Shown here: positions 9,990-20,484 of the stretch, in pieces
Numbering within the stretch: position 1 is the stretch's first letter
How the letters are laid out: each line of letters starts with the position of its first letter
Assembly (NCBI GenBank): GCA_964455545.1
Contig: CAYVWQ010000010.1
Location: 23,749-87,748, forward strand
DNA: 64,000 bases
Source of the DNA: an uncultured Thermoleophilaceae bacterium
GTDB taxonomy: Bacteria > Actinomycetota > Thermoleophilia > Solirubrobacterales > JACPNS01
Direction: 5' to 3'
The notes under the pieces: generated by a model
What the model was told of the DNA's origin: nothing
Database searches by the model: none
What the model saw: only the letters and a program-made list of their open reading frames with translations
Position numbers and translations under genes: made by a program

Positions 9990-10012
9990 GTTGATGATAT
10001 CCGCAAATCAAC
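9990..10012. promoter_or_regulatory. inverted repeat GTTGAT-N11-ATCAAC directly upstream of arsR (candidate operator)
   Basis: Read directly: gttgatgatatccgcaaatcaac, starting 4 nt from the arsR ATG. Confidence 0.25.
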
Positions 10013-10119
10013 ATATCGCTGATTTCGGGCGCTCGAATAGCCCGTTTCGGGTAGGAAATACCTCCGACGCGCGGAACACAATTGTCGGACTGTCAACTTC
10101 ACCCTGGAGGACGAGAAAA

Positions 10120-10500
10120 ATGTCTGCCAATCCAAACCGTGTCACCGGCTGGTGGGTACTCGCCGGTGTCCTTCTGTTCGTCGCCGGAGTGGCGAACATC
10201 ATTTACGGAATCGCCGCCGTCGGCGACTCGAAATTCTTCACTGAGAACGTCACCCTGATCGCGACGGATCTCAACACCTACGGATGGGTGATCCTGATCA
10301 TCGGCGTCATCCAGCTGACTGCCGGATTCTCTCTGTTCATGGGCGGGGGATGGGGCAGGTTCGTCGGCATCATCGCCGCTGGCCTGAACGCCATCGCGTA
10401 CCTGCTCACGATTCCAGCGGCGCCGTTCTGGTCGCTCTGCCTGTTCCTGCTGTCCGTCGTGATTCTCTACGAGCTCTCGAAGCCGAGCCCGCAGGATTAG
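10120..10500 (+). CDS. small 4-TM membrane protein (HdeD/DUF308-like)
   Basis: Trimmed to MSANPNRVTGWWVLAGVLLF (ATG 10120, GGAGG upstream). Four hydrophobic segments. Confidence 0.55.
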   Translation: MSANPNRVTGWWVLAGVLLFVAGVANIIYGIAAVGDSKFFTENVTLIATDLNTYGWVILIIGVIQLTAGFSLFMGGGWGRFVGIIAAGLNAIAYLLTIPAAPFWSLCLFLLSVVILYELSKPSPQD

Positions 10501-10535
10501 TCGCGTGTCGCTCCATCCGCCTGTATCGTGGGCGG

Positions 10536-10970
10536 ATGGAGCAGACCGAACAGGCCGTCGAGGTTGTGCGCGAATTTCTCCTCGCGCTGCAGGATGATGA
10601 TCTCGACCGCGCTCTCAGCTTTCTCACCGATGACGTGGCGTGGATCAACGTTTCGCTCCCGACGGTCCACGGTAAGCGGGGGATCGAGCGGATCTTCCGA
10701 CTCGCGCAGAAGGCCGGCGGCGGCTTCCGTGTCTACTTTCACGCCGTCGCCGCCGAGGGTGACGTGGTGCTGACGCAACGCACCGACGCGATGACGCTCG
10801 GTCGCTTCGATCAACGCTTCTGGGTCGCGGGCCGATTCGAGATCGTCGACGGACGGATCGCGGTCTGGCGCGACTCTTTTGACTGGCTCGATCTGCTCGT
10901 CGGTCTCATTCGCGGACTGGCAGGCGTGATTTCGCCGCGACTTAATCGCCCTTGGCCGTCCGACGCGTGA
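10536..10970 (+). CDS. limonene-1,2-epoxide hydrolase family (SnoaL-like fold) protein
   Basis: Trimmed to MEQTEQAVEVVREF. C-terminal FWVAGRFEIVDGRIAVWRDSFDW resembles the LEH WRDYFD signature. Confidence 0.7.
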   Translation: MEQTEQAVEVVREFLLALQDDDLDRALSFLTDDVAWINVSLPTVHGKRGIERIFRLAQKAGGGFRVYFHAVAAEGDVVLTQRTDAMTLGRFDQRFWVAGRFEIVDGRIAVWRDSFDWLDLLVGLIRGLAGVISPRLNRPWPSDA

Positions 10971-11395
10971 GCCAGCCCGCAGAGATTCACAACCGGTCCG
11001 CCAACGAACGGATCGTCTTCCGCGTGACTGCCGAGCAGTCGAACGGCTCGGCCTTGGAAATGGACGACTTCTGGGGCGACCCCGACCACGAGGTGGCGCT
11101 GCACCTTCATCCGACGATGGAAGAGACGTGGACGGTGATCGCCGGGGCGGTCGAGTTCACCGTCGGCGAAGAGGAGATCTTCGCCGGACCCGGTGATGTC
11201 GTGGTCGCGCCGGCCGGAGTGCGCCACAGCGCGCGGAACGTCGGCGGCCCGGCACACATACGCGTACAGATGACTCCTGCGCTGCGCTGGCAGGAGTTCG
11301 TCACCCGGTATTTCGAGCTCGAGAACGACTCGACCGCAACCGAAGACGGATTCGTCCGGTTGCTCGCCGAGTTCGGCGACGAGATCGAGATCTAG
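10952..11395 (+). CDS. cupin domain protein
   Basis: HLHPTMEETWTVIAGAVEF ... GDVVVAPAGVRH matches the two cupin motifs. An alternative GTG start at 10967 would give a GTGA overlap with the upstream stop. Confidence 0.7.
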   Translation: MAVRRVSQPAEIHNRSANERIVFRVTAEQSNGSALEMDDFWGDPDHEVALHLHPTMEETWTVIAGAVEFTVGEEEIFAGPGDVVVAPAGVRHSARNVGGPAHIRVQMTPALRWQEFVTRYFELENDSTATEDGFVRLLAEFGDEIEI

Positions 11396-12483
11396 CCGAA
11401 GCTGAGCGCGTAGCCGCGATCAGGGCGGCTCTCGCCGGCGAGCACGGATGCGTACACCGCTGAGATCTGCTCGACGCCTACGTGTTCCTCGATCGTGAGC
11501 CAGCTTTTGGTGGTGGGGGCAAAATCTCGCCAGGCCTGCTCGGCGAGTTCGAAGAAGCGCGTCGAGCCCCAGTCTTCGTTGCGCTTGAGGATCCAGGTGG
11601 GGAGGAAGAAGAACTCGGATCCGGGCCGGGGATTCAGCAGGCTGCGCTCACGGTCCTGCCAGTGGGTTGCGCCAAGGACGATCAGTTTGAGAAGGTTGTC
11701 GGTGGCGTGTTCTGTGAGGCGATCGAGCAACGCGTCGTCTCCCGATATGTCAACCACAGTGATCGGTCCGTTTCCGATGTCTGACAGAGAGTCGTAGGCG
11801 AGGACTCGGTCGTAGTAGCCGGTCCCTTCGGTGAACTCGACGTTCCCCGGAGAGGTGAGACCGACCAGTTCGACGCCGGGGTCGAGTTGGCGCATGCAGA
11901 AAGCAATGCCCATCGCCGTTTTGCTCGACGCGCTGGTGAGAACGAGCGTCGCCGCACCGAACATCCCGTTTTCCTTGAGGAAGTCGGCCGCGCCGTATGA
12001 GGTGACGAAAAGCGGCCGCCACAACGCCTCCTGGTCTTCCTGAGCGACGTCGGCTTCCCCGGCGCCGGCGACCCGGACGTAACGCTGGTAAACGGGCGGA
12101 AGTTCTGCACGATGCGGAGCGCCGTCGACGAATCCGCCGTCAGTGACCTTCACCGGACGTACAACAAGATGCGACGCGAGCGGGTAGTAGCCGAAATAGC
12201 GAGCACCCACCGGAACCTCCGGACAGCGTGATTCAACGACCTCTGCGTGACCCCAGACGGGAGTGAGTCCCCATCCATCTTCGGTCGGAAAGAAGCGCCA
12301 GTAGCCCATGTCGTCGCCGAGGGCGGCATAGGTGATGTTGTTGGCGCTGAAGCCGAAACGTTGGATCTCCATAACGACTTCGCCCTCATCGGCACTCGGC
12401 CGCACGCCGTGGGCTTCCTTCATTTGGGAGAGATCCTTGCGGTCGGCAAGCAGCGCTGTGAACGTGTCTGTTGAAGTCGTCAT
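11392..12483 (-). CDS. DUF2855-family protein (MDR-dehydrogenase-like)
   Basis: Trimmed to MTTSTDTF (cat at 12481-12483). FGFSANNITYAALGDDMGYWRFFP recalled as characteristic of DUF2855. Confidence 0.6.
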   Translation of the reverse strand: MTTSTDTFTALLADRKDLSQMKEAHGVRPSADEGEVVMEIQRFGFSANNITYAALGDDMGYWRFFPTEDGWGLTPVWGHAEVVESRCPEVPVGARYFGYYPLASHLVVRPVKVTDGGFVDGAPHRAELPPVYQRYVRVAGAGEADVAQEDQEALWRPLFVTSYGAADFLKENGMFGAATLVLTSASSKTAMGIAFCMRQLDPGVELVGLTSPGNVEFTEGTGYYDRVLAYDSLSDIGNGPITVVDISGDDALLDRLTEHATDNLLKLIVLGATHWQDRERSLLNPRPGSEFFFLPTWILKRNEDWGSTRFFELAEQAWRDFAPTTKSWLTIEEHVGVEQISAVYASVLAGESRPDRGYALSFG

Positions 12484-12607
12484 TTTTTCGGACCCTACAG
12501 CCAAGTCGAGTCTTAGGATCCGGCTGCGCATATCAGGGGGCGCCAGTTGGGCTGGCATCACGCCCAGGACGTGGCCCGTTCGGTGGAGTTGGGCGAGAGA
12601 CGTCCCA

Positions 12608-13087
12608 TCAGGGGCAGTCGTAGTCATAGTCAAGGCTCTCGTCGCAGTAGTCGTCGCCGGATAGGTCCTCGTTTGAGCTGCTTGACGAGCTGGTGCCGGA
12701 GGAGTCGGAATTTAGACCGTCGGTAAGTTCTTTGAAGCTGTCAAGTTGTTGGCCACAAAGAACTGTCCCAGAAATGTTTACGGCACAGTCTTTGACAGAA
12801 AGGCCAGCCGTGGCGAGCTGCCGGTCGAACGCGCCCGCAGCGTACAGTGAGATCGCTACGAGCCAAGCCGCGACAATGCTGACAAACAGGGACCATGCGG
12901 CAACCGCGTAAATGTTAGGTCGAGTGGTCTTTAGGGCGACCTCCAGATCGGCGATAGTGACGAGTCGCTCTTGGTCATGAGTGCTGTCATCCGCACGACC
13001 ATCGTCGACTTTTCCGGTGACGATGGCACTACTTGCCTGTGGTGAATTCCCGCCGGCCTCGTTCGTAGCGTCGTTGTCTTCAGACAC
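12608..13087 (-). CDS. hypothetical single-pass membrane protein with Ser/Asp-rich, 4-Cys C-terminal tail
   Basis: GTG start with AGGAGA RBS 4-5 nt upstream. One TM (IYAVAAWSLFVSIVAAWLVAISLYAAG). Visibly lower G+C than its neighbours. No recognisable family. Confidence 0.45.
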   Translation of the reverse strand: MSEDNDATNEAGGNSPQASSAIVTGKVDDGRADDSTHDQERLVTIADLEVALKTTRPNIYAVAAWSLFVSIVAAWLVAISLYAAGAFDRQLATAGLSVKDCAVNISGTVLCGQQLDSFKELTDGLNSDSSGTSSSSSSNEDLSGDDYCDESLDYDYDCP

Positions 13088-13297
13088 TGAATCTCCTGGC
13101 TTTCCCGAAAGTTGTACTACTGACTAGTCACCTTACCCAATATTCGACTGGATTTGTCGTGCGGGCCTGTTCCCGGGGTAACTGGGACGCCGCCTGCGGG
13201 CGCGTGCCTGGGAGTTCACATAACGTCAATTATCGTGCGTTCGATCAAAAAGCGGGGTCCCTTGTCGCCGAACGGCCCGTCCGATACCTTCCCGCGC

Positions 13298-14218
13298 GTG
13301 AATCTGACCGACCGGATCAGGGCTGGCGAAGGCGACTTTCTGCTGTTTGCGGTCACGCCGCCGTCACTTACGACCGAACCTGCGCGAGCCGATGAGATCG
13401 CGGCGGCGACGATGGAACGCCTTCAGTCGCTGGACGTCGACGGTCTGATTCTCTACGACATCGACGACGAGAGCGACCGCAATCCCGAGGAGCGGCCTTT
13501 TCCGTTCATGCCGACGATCGATCCGGCGAACTATCTCGCAGACCATCTCGGCGAGTGGCACAAGCCGGTGATCGTGTACCGCGCGGTGAGCAAGTACGAC
13601 CCGGATGAACTGCGCGAGTGGATATCGCGGCAAGATCCGGCCCAGCGGATGACGGTGTTTGTCGGAGCCCCGTCAAAGACGAAGGTTCCGCGAACTTCTC
13701 TCGCAGAAGCTCAGGCGCTCCGCCGCGAGGTCGACTCTCCCCTTCCGCTTGGCGGCGTGGCGATCCCGGAGCGTCATACGCAGCGCGAGGACGAGCACCT
13801 GAGGCTGCTGGCCAAGCAAGAGGCCGGCTGCCAGTTCTTCGTCACCCAGGTCGTCTACGACGTCAACGCGGCAAAGAACCTCGTCTCGGATTACCACTAT
13901 GAGTGTCAGGCGCGCGGGGTCACGGCCGTCCCTCTGGTTTTCACTTTCTCGGTGTGCGGGTCGATGAAGACTCTCGCGTTTCTGCGATGGCTCGGGGTCG
14001 ATGTGCCGCGGTGGATCGAGAACGACCTCGCCCACAGCGCCGATCCGCTCGAAGCTTCCTACCAGCAGGCGATCGACATCGCATCAGAGTTGATCGACTA
14101 CTGCCGCTCGATCGAGATGCCGTTCGGGATCAACGTCGAAAGCGTGTCGATCAGGCGGGTTGAGATCGAGGCAGCGGTTCGGCTTGCTGCAGAGCTGCGC
14201 ACGCGGATAGACGGCTAG
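13298..14218 (+). CDS. methylenetetrahydrofolate reductase family protein (MetF-like, possibly the noncanonical actinobacterial type)
   Basis: LLFAVTPP ... GLILYDIDDES ... GCQFFVTQVVYD ... TFSVCGSMKTLAFLRWLGVDVP resembles the MTHFR TIM barrel. The start at in-frame GTG 13298 is a guess. Confidence 0.6.
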   Translation: MNLTDRIRAGEGDFLLFAVTPPSLTTEPARADEIAAATMERLQSLDVDGLILYDIDDESDRNPEERPFPFMPTIDPANYLADHLGEWHKPVIVYRAVSKYDPDELREWISRQDPAQRMTVFVGAPSKTKVPRTSLAEAQALRREVDSPLPLGGVAIPERHTQREDEHLRLLAKQEAGCQFFVTQVVYDVNAAKNLVSDYHYECQARGVTAVPLVFTFSVCGSMKTLAFLRWLGVDVPRWIENDLAHSADPLEASYQQAIDIASELIDYCRSIEMPFGINVESVSIRRVEIEAAVRLAAELRTRIDG

Positions 14219-14226
14219 AGCCGCCG

Positions 14227-14490
14227 TCAAGGCTCGTCGGTCGGCTTCACTCCCGGCGGCAGAGTTGCCGGCGGACGGCGGTCGATTGACGTTACGGCCG
14301 TCTCGCGCACGTCGGGATCCTTGGGGGCGCCACGCCCCGGATACAGATACTCGAGTCCCGGCAGCGTCGGAGCGCTCGGCACCTGCCCAATCAACTGCAG
14401 CGCTTCCCCCGCTCGAATCCTCCGGCGGCGCACCACGAGCAGGATCAAAATGATCGGAACTGCGACGGCGAGTGCGACTCCCCAACCCAT
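14227..14490 (-). CDS. hypothetical small membrane protein
   Basis: Trimmed to MGWGVALAVAVPIILILLVVRRRR so it does not overlap the divergent gene. One TM, then a Pro-rich tail. Confidence 0.3.
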   Translation of the reverse strand: MGWGVALAVAVPIILILLVVRRRRIRAGEALQLIGQVPSAPTLPGLEYLYPGRGAPKDPDVRETAVTSIDRRPPATLPPGVKPTDEP

Positions 14491-14541
14491 GCTTCCAATT
14501 TTACGGCGGCGCGCCGGTGGAACGCGTTTATTCTCCGCAGC

Positions 14542-14787
14542 ATGACCAAACTCTTCGGACTCATCCTCGCCGCCACTGGAATCGCCCACTTCGTCCAGCC
14601 CGACCTGTTCAAGGACATCACGAAGCCGGCGTTCCCGGACAACACCGACCAGGCCATCCAGATCAACGGCGGCATCGAGACCGCGCTCGGCCTCGCGCTC
14701 GTCGCCGGCAAGAAGCGCTTCGCCGGCCTTGGCCTGCTCGCCTACGGCGGCTGGCTCGGCTTCAACGCGGCTCAGAACGCCAAGTAG
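14542..14787 (+). CDS. small 2-3 TM membrane protein (DoxX-like?)
   Basis: 81 aa, hydrophobic ends, G+C-rich third codon positions. Confidence 0.4.
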   Translation: MTKLFGLILAATGIAHFVQPDLFKDITKPAFPDNTDQAIQINGGIETALGLALVAGKKRFAGLGLLAYGGWLGFNAAQNAK

Positions 14788-14815
14788 GCATTCCGAGCCG
14801 CGCGAAAGCGCAGTT

Positions 14816-17119
<2,304 letters not shown>

Positions 17120-17132
17120 CTACGATCCCACC

Positions 17133-18293
17133 ATGCGACGACTGCTGATCGTGTGCTGCGCGTCGGCGTTCCTCGACGCCATGTTCTTCGCGGCGCTCGC
17201 GCCGATCCTCCCCGAACTGCGGGCCGAATACTCGTTGTCGACGGCCGGAGCCGGCCTCCTCTCGGGTAGTTACGCCGCCGGGGTGTTGCTGATCGCTCTG
17301 CCGAGCGGATGGTTCTGCGCGAGGTTCGGCCCGCGTAGAACGCTGATTCTCGGACTCGTCGGGATGGGAGTGTTCAGCACGATCTTCGGATTCGCGGACG
17401 CGCCCTGGCTGCTCGATTCCTCTCGCTTCATGCAAGGTGCCGGCGGCGCGTTGATGTGGGTCGGTGCGATGGCGTGGATCATCAACGCCGGACCTGCCGA
17501 GCGACGGGGCGCGCTCGTGGGGCTGCTCGTTGCCGCCGCGACGGTCGGCGAGCTCCTGGGAGCGCCAACAGGGGCCCTCGCGCACGCCGTCGGAATGGAG
17601 ATCGTCTTCAGCGTCGTCGGCGTCGTGTCGGCGATTCTGATGCTGATCGCGCTCGGAATTCCGGATGCGGCGCCAGAGAGGTCCCAGACATTTCACGAGG
17701 CGAGAGCAGCGTTCAGCGGCTGGGACCTTCCAGCGGCGATGTGGCTCGTCGCCGCAGCAGCGCTTGCTTTCGGCGCAACAACGGTCATCGCGCCATTGCA
17801 CCTCGACGAGCTCGGTGCGTCTGCCGCTGCGATTGCCGGCGGTTTCGCGGCCGGCTCGCTCGTCGAGACGATTCTCGGTCCGCAGATCGGGCGACTCAGC
17901 GACAGGATCGGGCGTACTCGGCCGTATCAGCTTGGGATCCTCACCGGTTCCGTAGCCGTCGTCCTATTGGCGGTACTGGAACAGCCGGCATTTGTGATCG
18001 CGGCGCTCGTGGCAACGTCGTTCTCAGCCGGCCTTCAGTTCACCCCGTCCTTGGCACTCGTTGCCGACGTCGCCGATGGCGCCAGCCTCGACCAGGGGTA
18101 CGCGTCCGCTGCAACCAACATCGCCTGGGGCGGCGGTCAGCTCACCGGGTCCCTTGGGGCCGGCGTGCTCGCGGGGGCCGGATACCTCCTCCCCGCCCTT
18201 GTCTGCGTGGTCGTGCTTGCCTCGGGCGCGGCAGTCGCCGGCCGACCAATCCGGTCGGCAGACCGACAGCGGGCGCCCGTCAGCGAACCTTGA
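17133..18293 (+). CDS. MFS transporter (12-TMS type)
   Basis: MRRLLIVCCASAFLDAMFF start, repeated TM pattern. The track start 17100 is a TTG 11 codons upstream. Confidence 0.8.
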   Translation: MRRLLIVCCASAFLDAMFFAALAPILPELRAEYSLSTAGAGLLSGSYAAGVLLIALPSGWFCARFGPRRTLILGLVGMGVFSTIFGFADAPWLLDSSRFMQGAGGALMWVGAMAWIINAGPAERRGALVGLLVAAATVGELLGAPTGALAHAVGMEIVFSVVGVVSAILMLIALGIPDAAPERSQTFHEARAAFSGWDLPAAMWLVAAAALAFGATTVIAPLHLDELGASAAAIAGGFAAGSLVETILGPQIGRLSDRIGRTRPYQLGILTGSVAVVLLAVLEQPAFVIAALVATSFSAGLQFTPSLALVADVADGASLDQGYASAATNIAWGGGQLTGSLGAGVLAGAGYLLPALVCVVVLASGAAVAGRPIRSADRQRAPVSEP

Positions 18294-19614
18294 TTCGAAC
18301 AACCTCGATTTTCCCGTTGCTTCGTTCATCGCTTGAGCGAACCGCACCTGCCGCGAGCATCCGGCTCGATGACACTCGCAGCGGAGAAGCAGCAGTACGC
18401 CATTCAGATTTAGACAACCGCAGAAACGGGTTCTTTTTGGAGTTGGGAATGAGGTTTCCCTTGGCGTCGTAGCGGCCGAAGCGGGTTATGTACTGCCCTG
18501 CGGTCGCGACAACGCTCGCGTATCCGCGTTGGCCAAGTCGTGTCAGAGACAGTCCGTACCCCAGCGACGGGCTTTCCTGCAACGGCTGCAGCATTCGTAC
18601 GCTCGTTTCGAGGACACCAGTTTTCGAAACGCTCAAGAGGTTGGTCCTTGGTTCGCCTCGCTTGTATCCGAGGTCGAGGTTTGCGGCCTGGACGCTCCAG
18701 CTCCCATTCGGATTTTCCCAGGCCTTCGAGCACAGATCCATCGACCACGGTCCTGGCGCGGTCCACGCAGATTCGTTGAACGTGCCGTCGACCGCGCCGG
18801 ATCCGGAAAGCCGGAAACCCATGCATCCGGCCTGGGCGCTCGTCGACCCTGTTCGTGAACCCGTCACAAGTAGGCCACCGTCCCGCGCCTGCGAAACCGT
18901 TCCGACGAAGGTCGACAGATCGGCGGCGGCCGACGGGATCTGAAACCCGCCACCGGCGAATCCGGTGTCAACAATGCCGTCGGACGTGAGTCGTACGACC
19001 CAACCGAGTGTGCGGTTTTCGCCGATGAAACTGGCGTTGAGCGTGACGAACACTCGCCCCTGCGAGTCCAACATGAGTTGATCCGGCTCCTGGGACACTT
19101 CTCCGTCGTGCGGCGGAAGTACGACCGATGCCGATCCGTCTCCATTGGGTCCAAAGCTGCCGTCGCGGCGGCCGTCTGGCAGGAACCGCGTGACTTTTGA
19201 GACCGCGGCAAACGTGTAGCTGCTCTCTGGCCTTGCGACGCCGAGTACGTATGTTCGATCGGACGAGTCGACGGCGATGTCGGCGACCACCTCTTGACCG
19301 TTCGATCCGATCGGATTCGGCACAACGCCGTCGCGAGAAAACGAGCGGTCGAGTCGCCCGGAACGCGTCAGCTGGATCAGGGCAGTCCCGCCGGAGTCGC
19401 CAAAGTGCTGGTATGTGGCAAGAATTCGAGATCGGCCCTGCTTTGCGCGACGGACGGCATCGACCGAGTCAACCGGCGATGCGAGAGCAACAAGCCTGGA
19501 ACCGCTGTGTCCAAAGCTGCGGTCCAGCGAGGTAACGGGACTGGCGTTTGCAGTTGTGACTGAGAAGAGGAACACGACTGCTGAGATGGTGAGCAACGAG
19601 CGAAATGTGAGCAT
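18280..19614 (-). CDS. secreted repeat protein, delta-60-repeat-like
   Basis: Signal peptide MLTFRSLLTISAVVFLFSVTTANA. Recurrent D-x-S/T-F-G/S-x-x-G units (LDRSFGHSG, LDRSFSRDG, RDGSFGPNG, VDTGFAGGG, VDGTFNES) roughly every 55-70 aa. Confidence 0.5.
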   Translation of the reverse strand: MLTFRSLLTISAVVFLFSVTTANASPVTSLDRSFGHSGSRLVALASPVDSVDAVRRAKQGRSRILATYQHFGDSGGTALIQLTRSGRLDRSFSRDGVVPNPIGSNGQEVVADIAVDSSDRTYVLGVARPESSYTFAAVSKVTRFLPDGRRDGSFGPNGDGSASVVLPPHDGEVSQEPDQLMLDSQGRVFVTLNASFIGENRTLGWVVRLTSDGIVDTGFAGGGFQIPSAAADLSTFVGTVSQARDGGLLVTGSRTGSTSAQAGCMGFRLSGSGAVDGTFNESAWTAPGPWSMDLCSKAWENPNGSWSVQAANLDLGYKRGEPRTNLLSVSKTGVLETSVRMLQPLQESPSLGYGLSLTRLGQRGYASVVATAGQYITRFGRYDAKGNLIPNSKKNPFLRLSKSEWRTAASPLRVSSSRMLAAGAVRSSDERSNGKIEVVRIKVR

Positions 19615-19677
19615 GAAGCTGAAAACTCAGCCGCTGCGCAGAAGTTGCGCGGACTTGGCACAGCGTTGCGCGTAGAA

Positions 19678-19712
19678 CAAAAACGCCCGACGACCTCGCG
19701 GCCGCCGGGCGG
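19678..19712 (-). terminator. rho-independent terminator downstream of the peroxiredoxin gene
   Basis: Minus strand reads CCGCCCGGCGgccgcgaggtCGTCGGGCG followed by TTTTTG. Confidence 0.5.
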
Positions 19713-19737
19713 ATTTCCAACAGGGTTGTTCGTGCCT

Positions 19738-20412
19738 CTAGGCGCTGACCTTCGCCTTCGGGTCCGGGACGATGCGCAGCCACGGGCGCGGCGCCTCCCA
19801 GCCGTCGGGGTACTTCTCCTTTGCGGCTTCGTCGCTGACGGAGCCGGCGATGATCACGTCGTCGCCCGGCTGCCACTGCGCCGGCGTTGCGACTGCTTCG
19901 GCCGAGGTGCGCTGAAGCGAGTCGATCACGCGGAGGATCTCGTCGAAGTTGCGCCCGGTCGTCATCGGGTACACGAGAATCAGCTTGATCTTCTTGTCGG
20001 GGCCGACGACGAAGACGTTGCGCAGCGTGGCGTTCTGGGCGGCCGTGCGGTCGGTCGAGTCGCCGTCCTCGAGCAGTTCGAGCATGCCGTAGAGGTTGCT
20101 GACGTTGTGGTCGGTGTCGGAGATCAGCGGGTAGTTGGGCTTGGTGCCCTGGGTCTCTTCGATGTCGTCGAACCACTTTTCGTGGTTGTCGAGCGGGTCA
20201 GTCGAGAGGCCGATGATCTTCACGCCGCGCTCGTCGAACGCCGGCTTGATGCTGGCGAGATAGCCGAGCTCGGTTGTGCAGACCGGAGTGAAGTCGCGCG
20301 GGTGCGAGAACAGTACGGCCCAGCTGTCGCCGATCCAGTCGTGGAAGTCGATCTCGCCTTCTGTTGTCTGTGCGGTGAAATTCGGGGCTTCAGAGCCGAT
20401 TGTGAGTGCCAT
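19738..20412 (-). CDS. 1-Cys peroxiredoxin (Prx6 subfamily)
   Basis: WAVLFSHPRDFTPVCTTELG active-site motif, 224 aa. Confidence 0.9.
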   Translation of the reverse strand: MALTIGSEAPNFTAQTTEGEIDFHDWIGDSWAVLFSHPRDFTPVCTTELGYLASIKPAFDERGVKIIGLSTDPLDNHEKWFDDIEETQGTKPNYPLISDTDHNVSNLYGMLELLEDGDSTDRTAAQNATLRNVFVVGPDKKIKLILVYPMTTGRNFDEILRVIDSLQRTSAEAVATPAQWQPGDDVIIAGSVSDEAAKEKYPDGWEAPRPWLRIVPDPKAKVSA

Positions 20413-20468
20413 GTTGAAACTCTCCTGGAGGGAAATGGGTAAATCCTGATCGGTTTACATGAGTATAG

Positions 20469-20484
20469 AGAGGTCGCGACCTCT
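20469..20484. promoter_or_regulatory. perfect 16-bp palindrome AGAGGTCGCGACCTCT abutting a TATACT -10-like hexamer upstream of the peroxiredoxin gene
   Basis: Read directly. It also covers the stop codon of the upstream membrane-protein gene, so it could be a terminator stem instead. Confidence 0.3.

Noticed and set aside
13140-13230. Possible ZTP (pfl-motif) riboswitch upstream of the MetF-like gene, based on GUCGUG, CCCGGGG and CGCCGCCUGCGGGC / GCCUGGGAG fragments.
   Set aside because: The order is wrong: GACUGG precedes GUCGUG, whereas the consensus is GUCGUGACUGGCG. The 3' CCGCCUGGGC element is interrupted. I cannot build the P1/P2/pseudoknot architecture by hand. A cmsearch with RF01750 would settle it.
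14800-14811. GCGC-GAAA-GCGC mini-hairpin between the small membrane gene and katG, considered as a terminator.
   Set aside because: The stem is only 4 bp and there is no flanking U/A tract, which is too weak to annotate.
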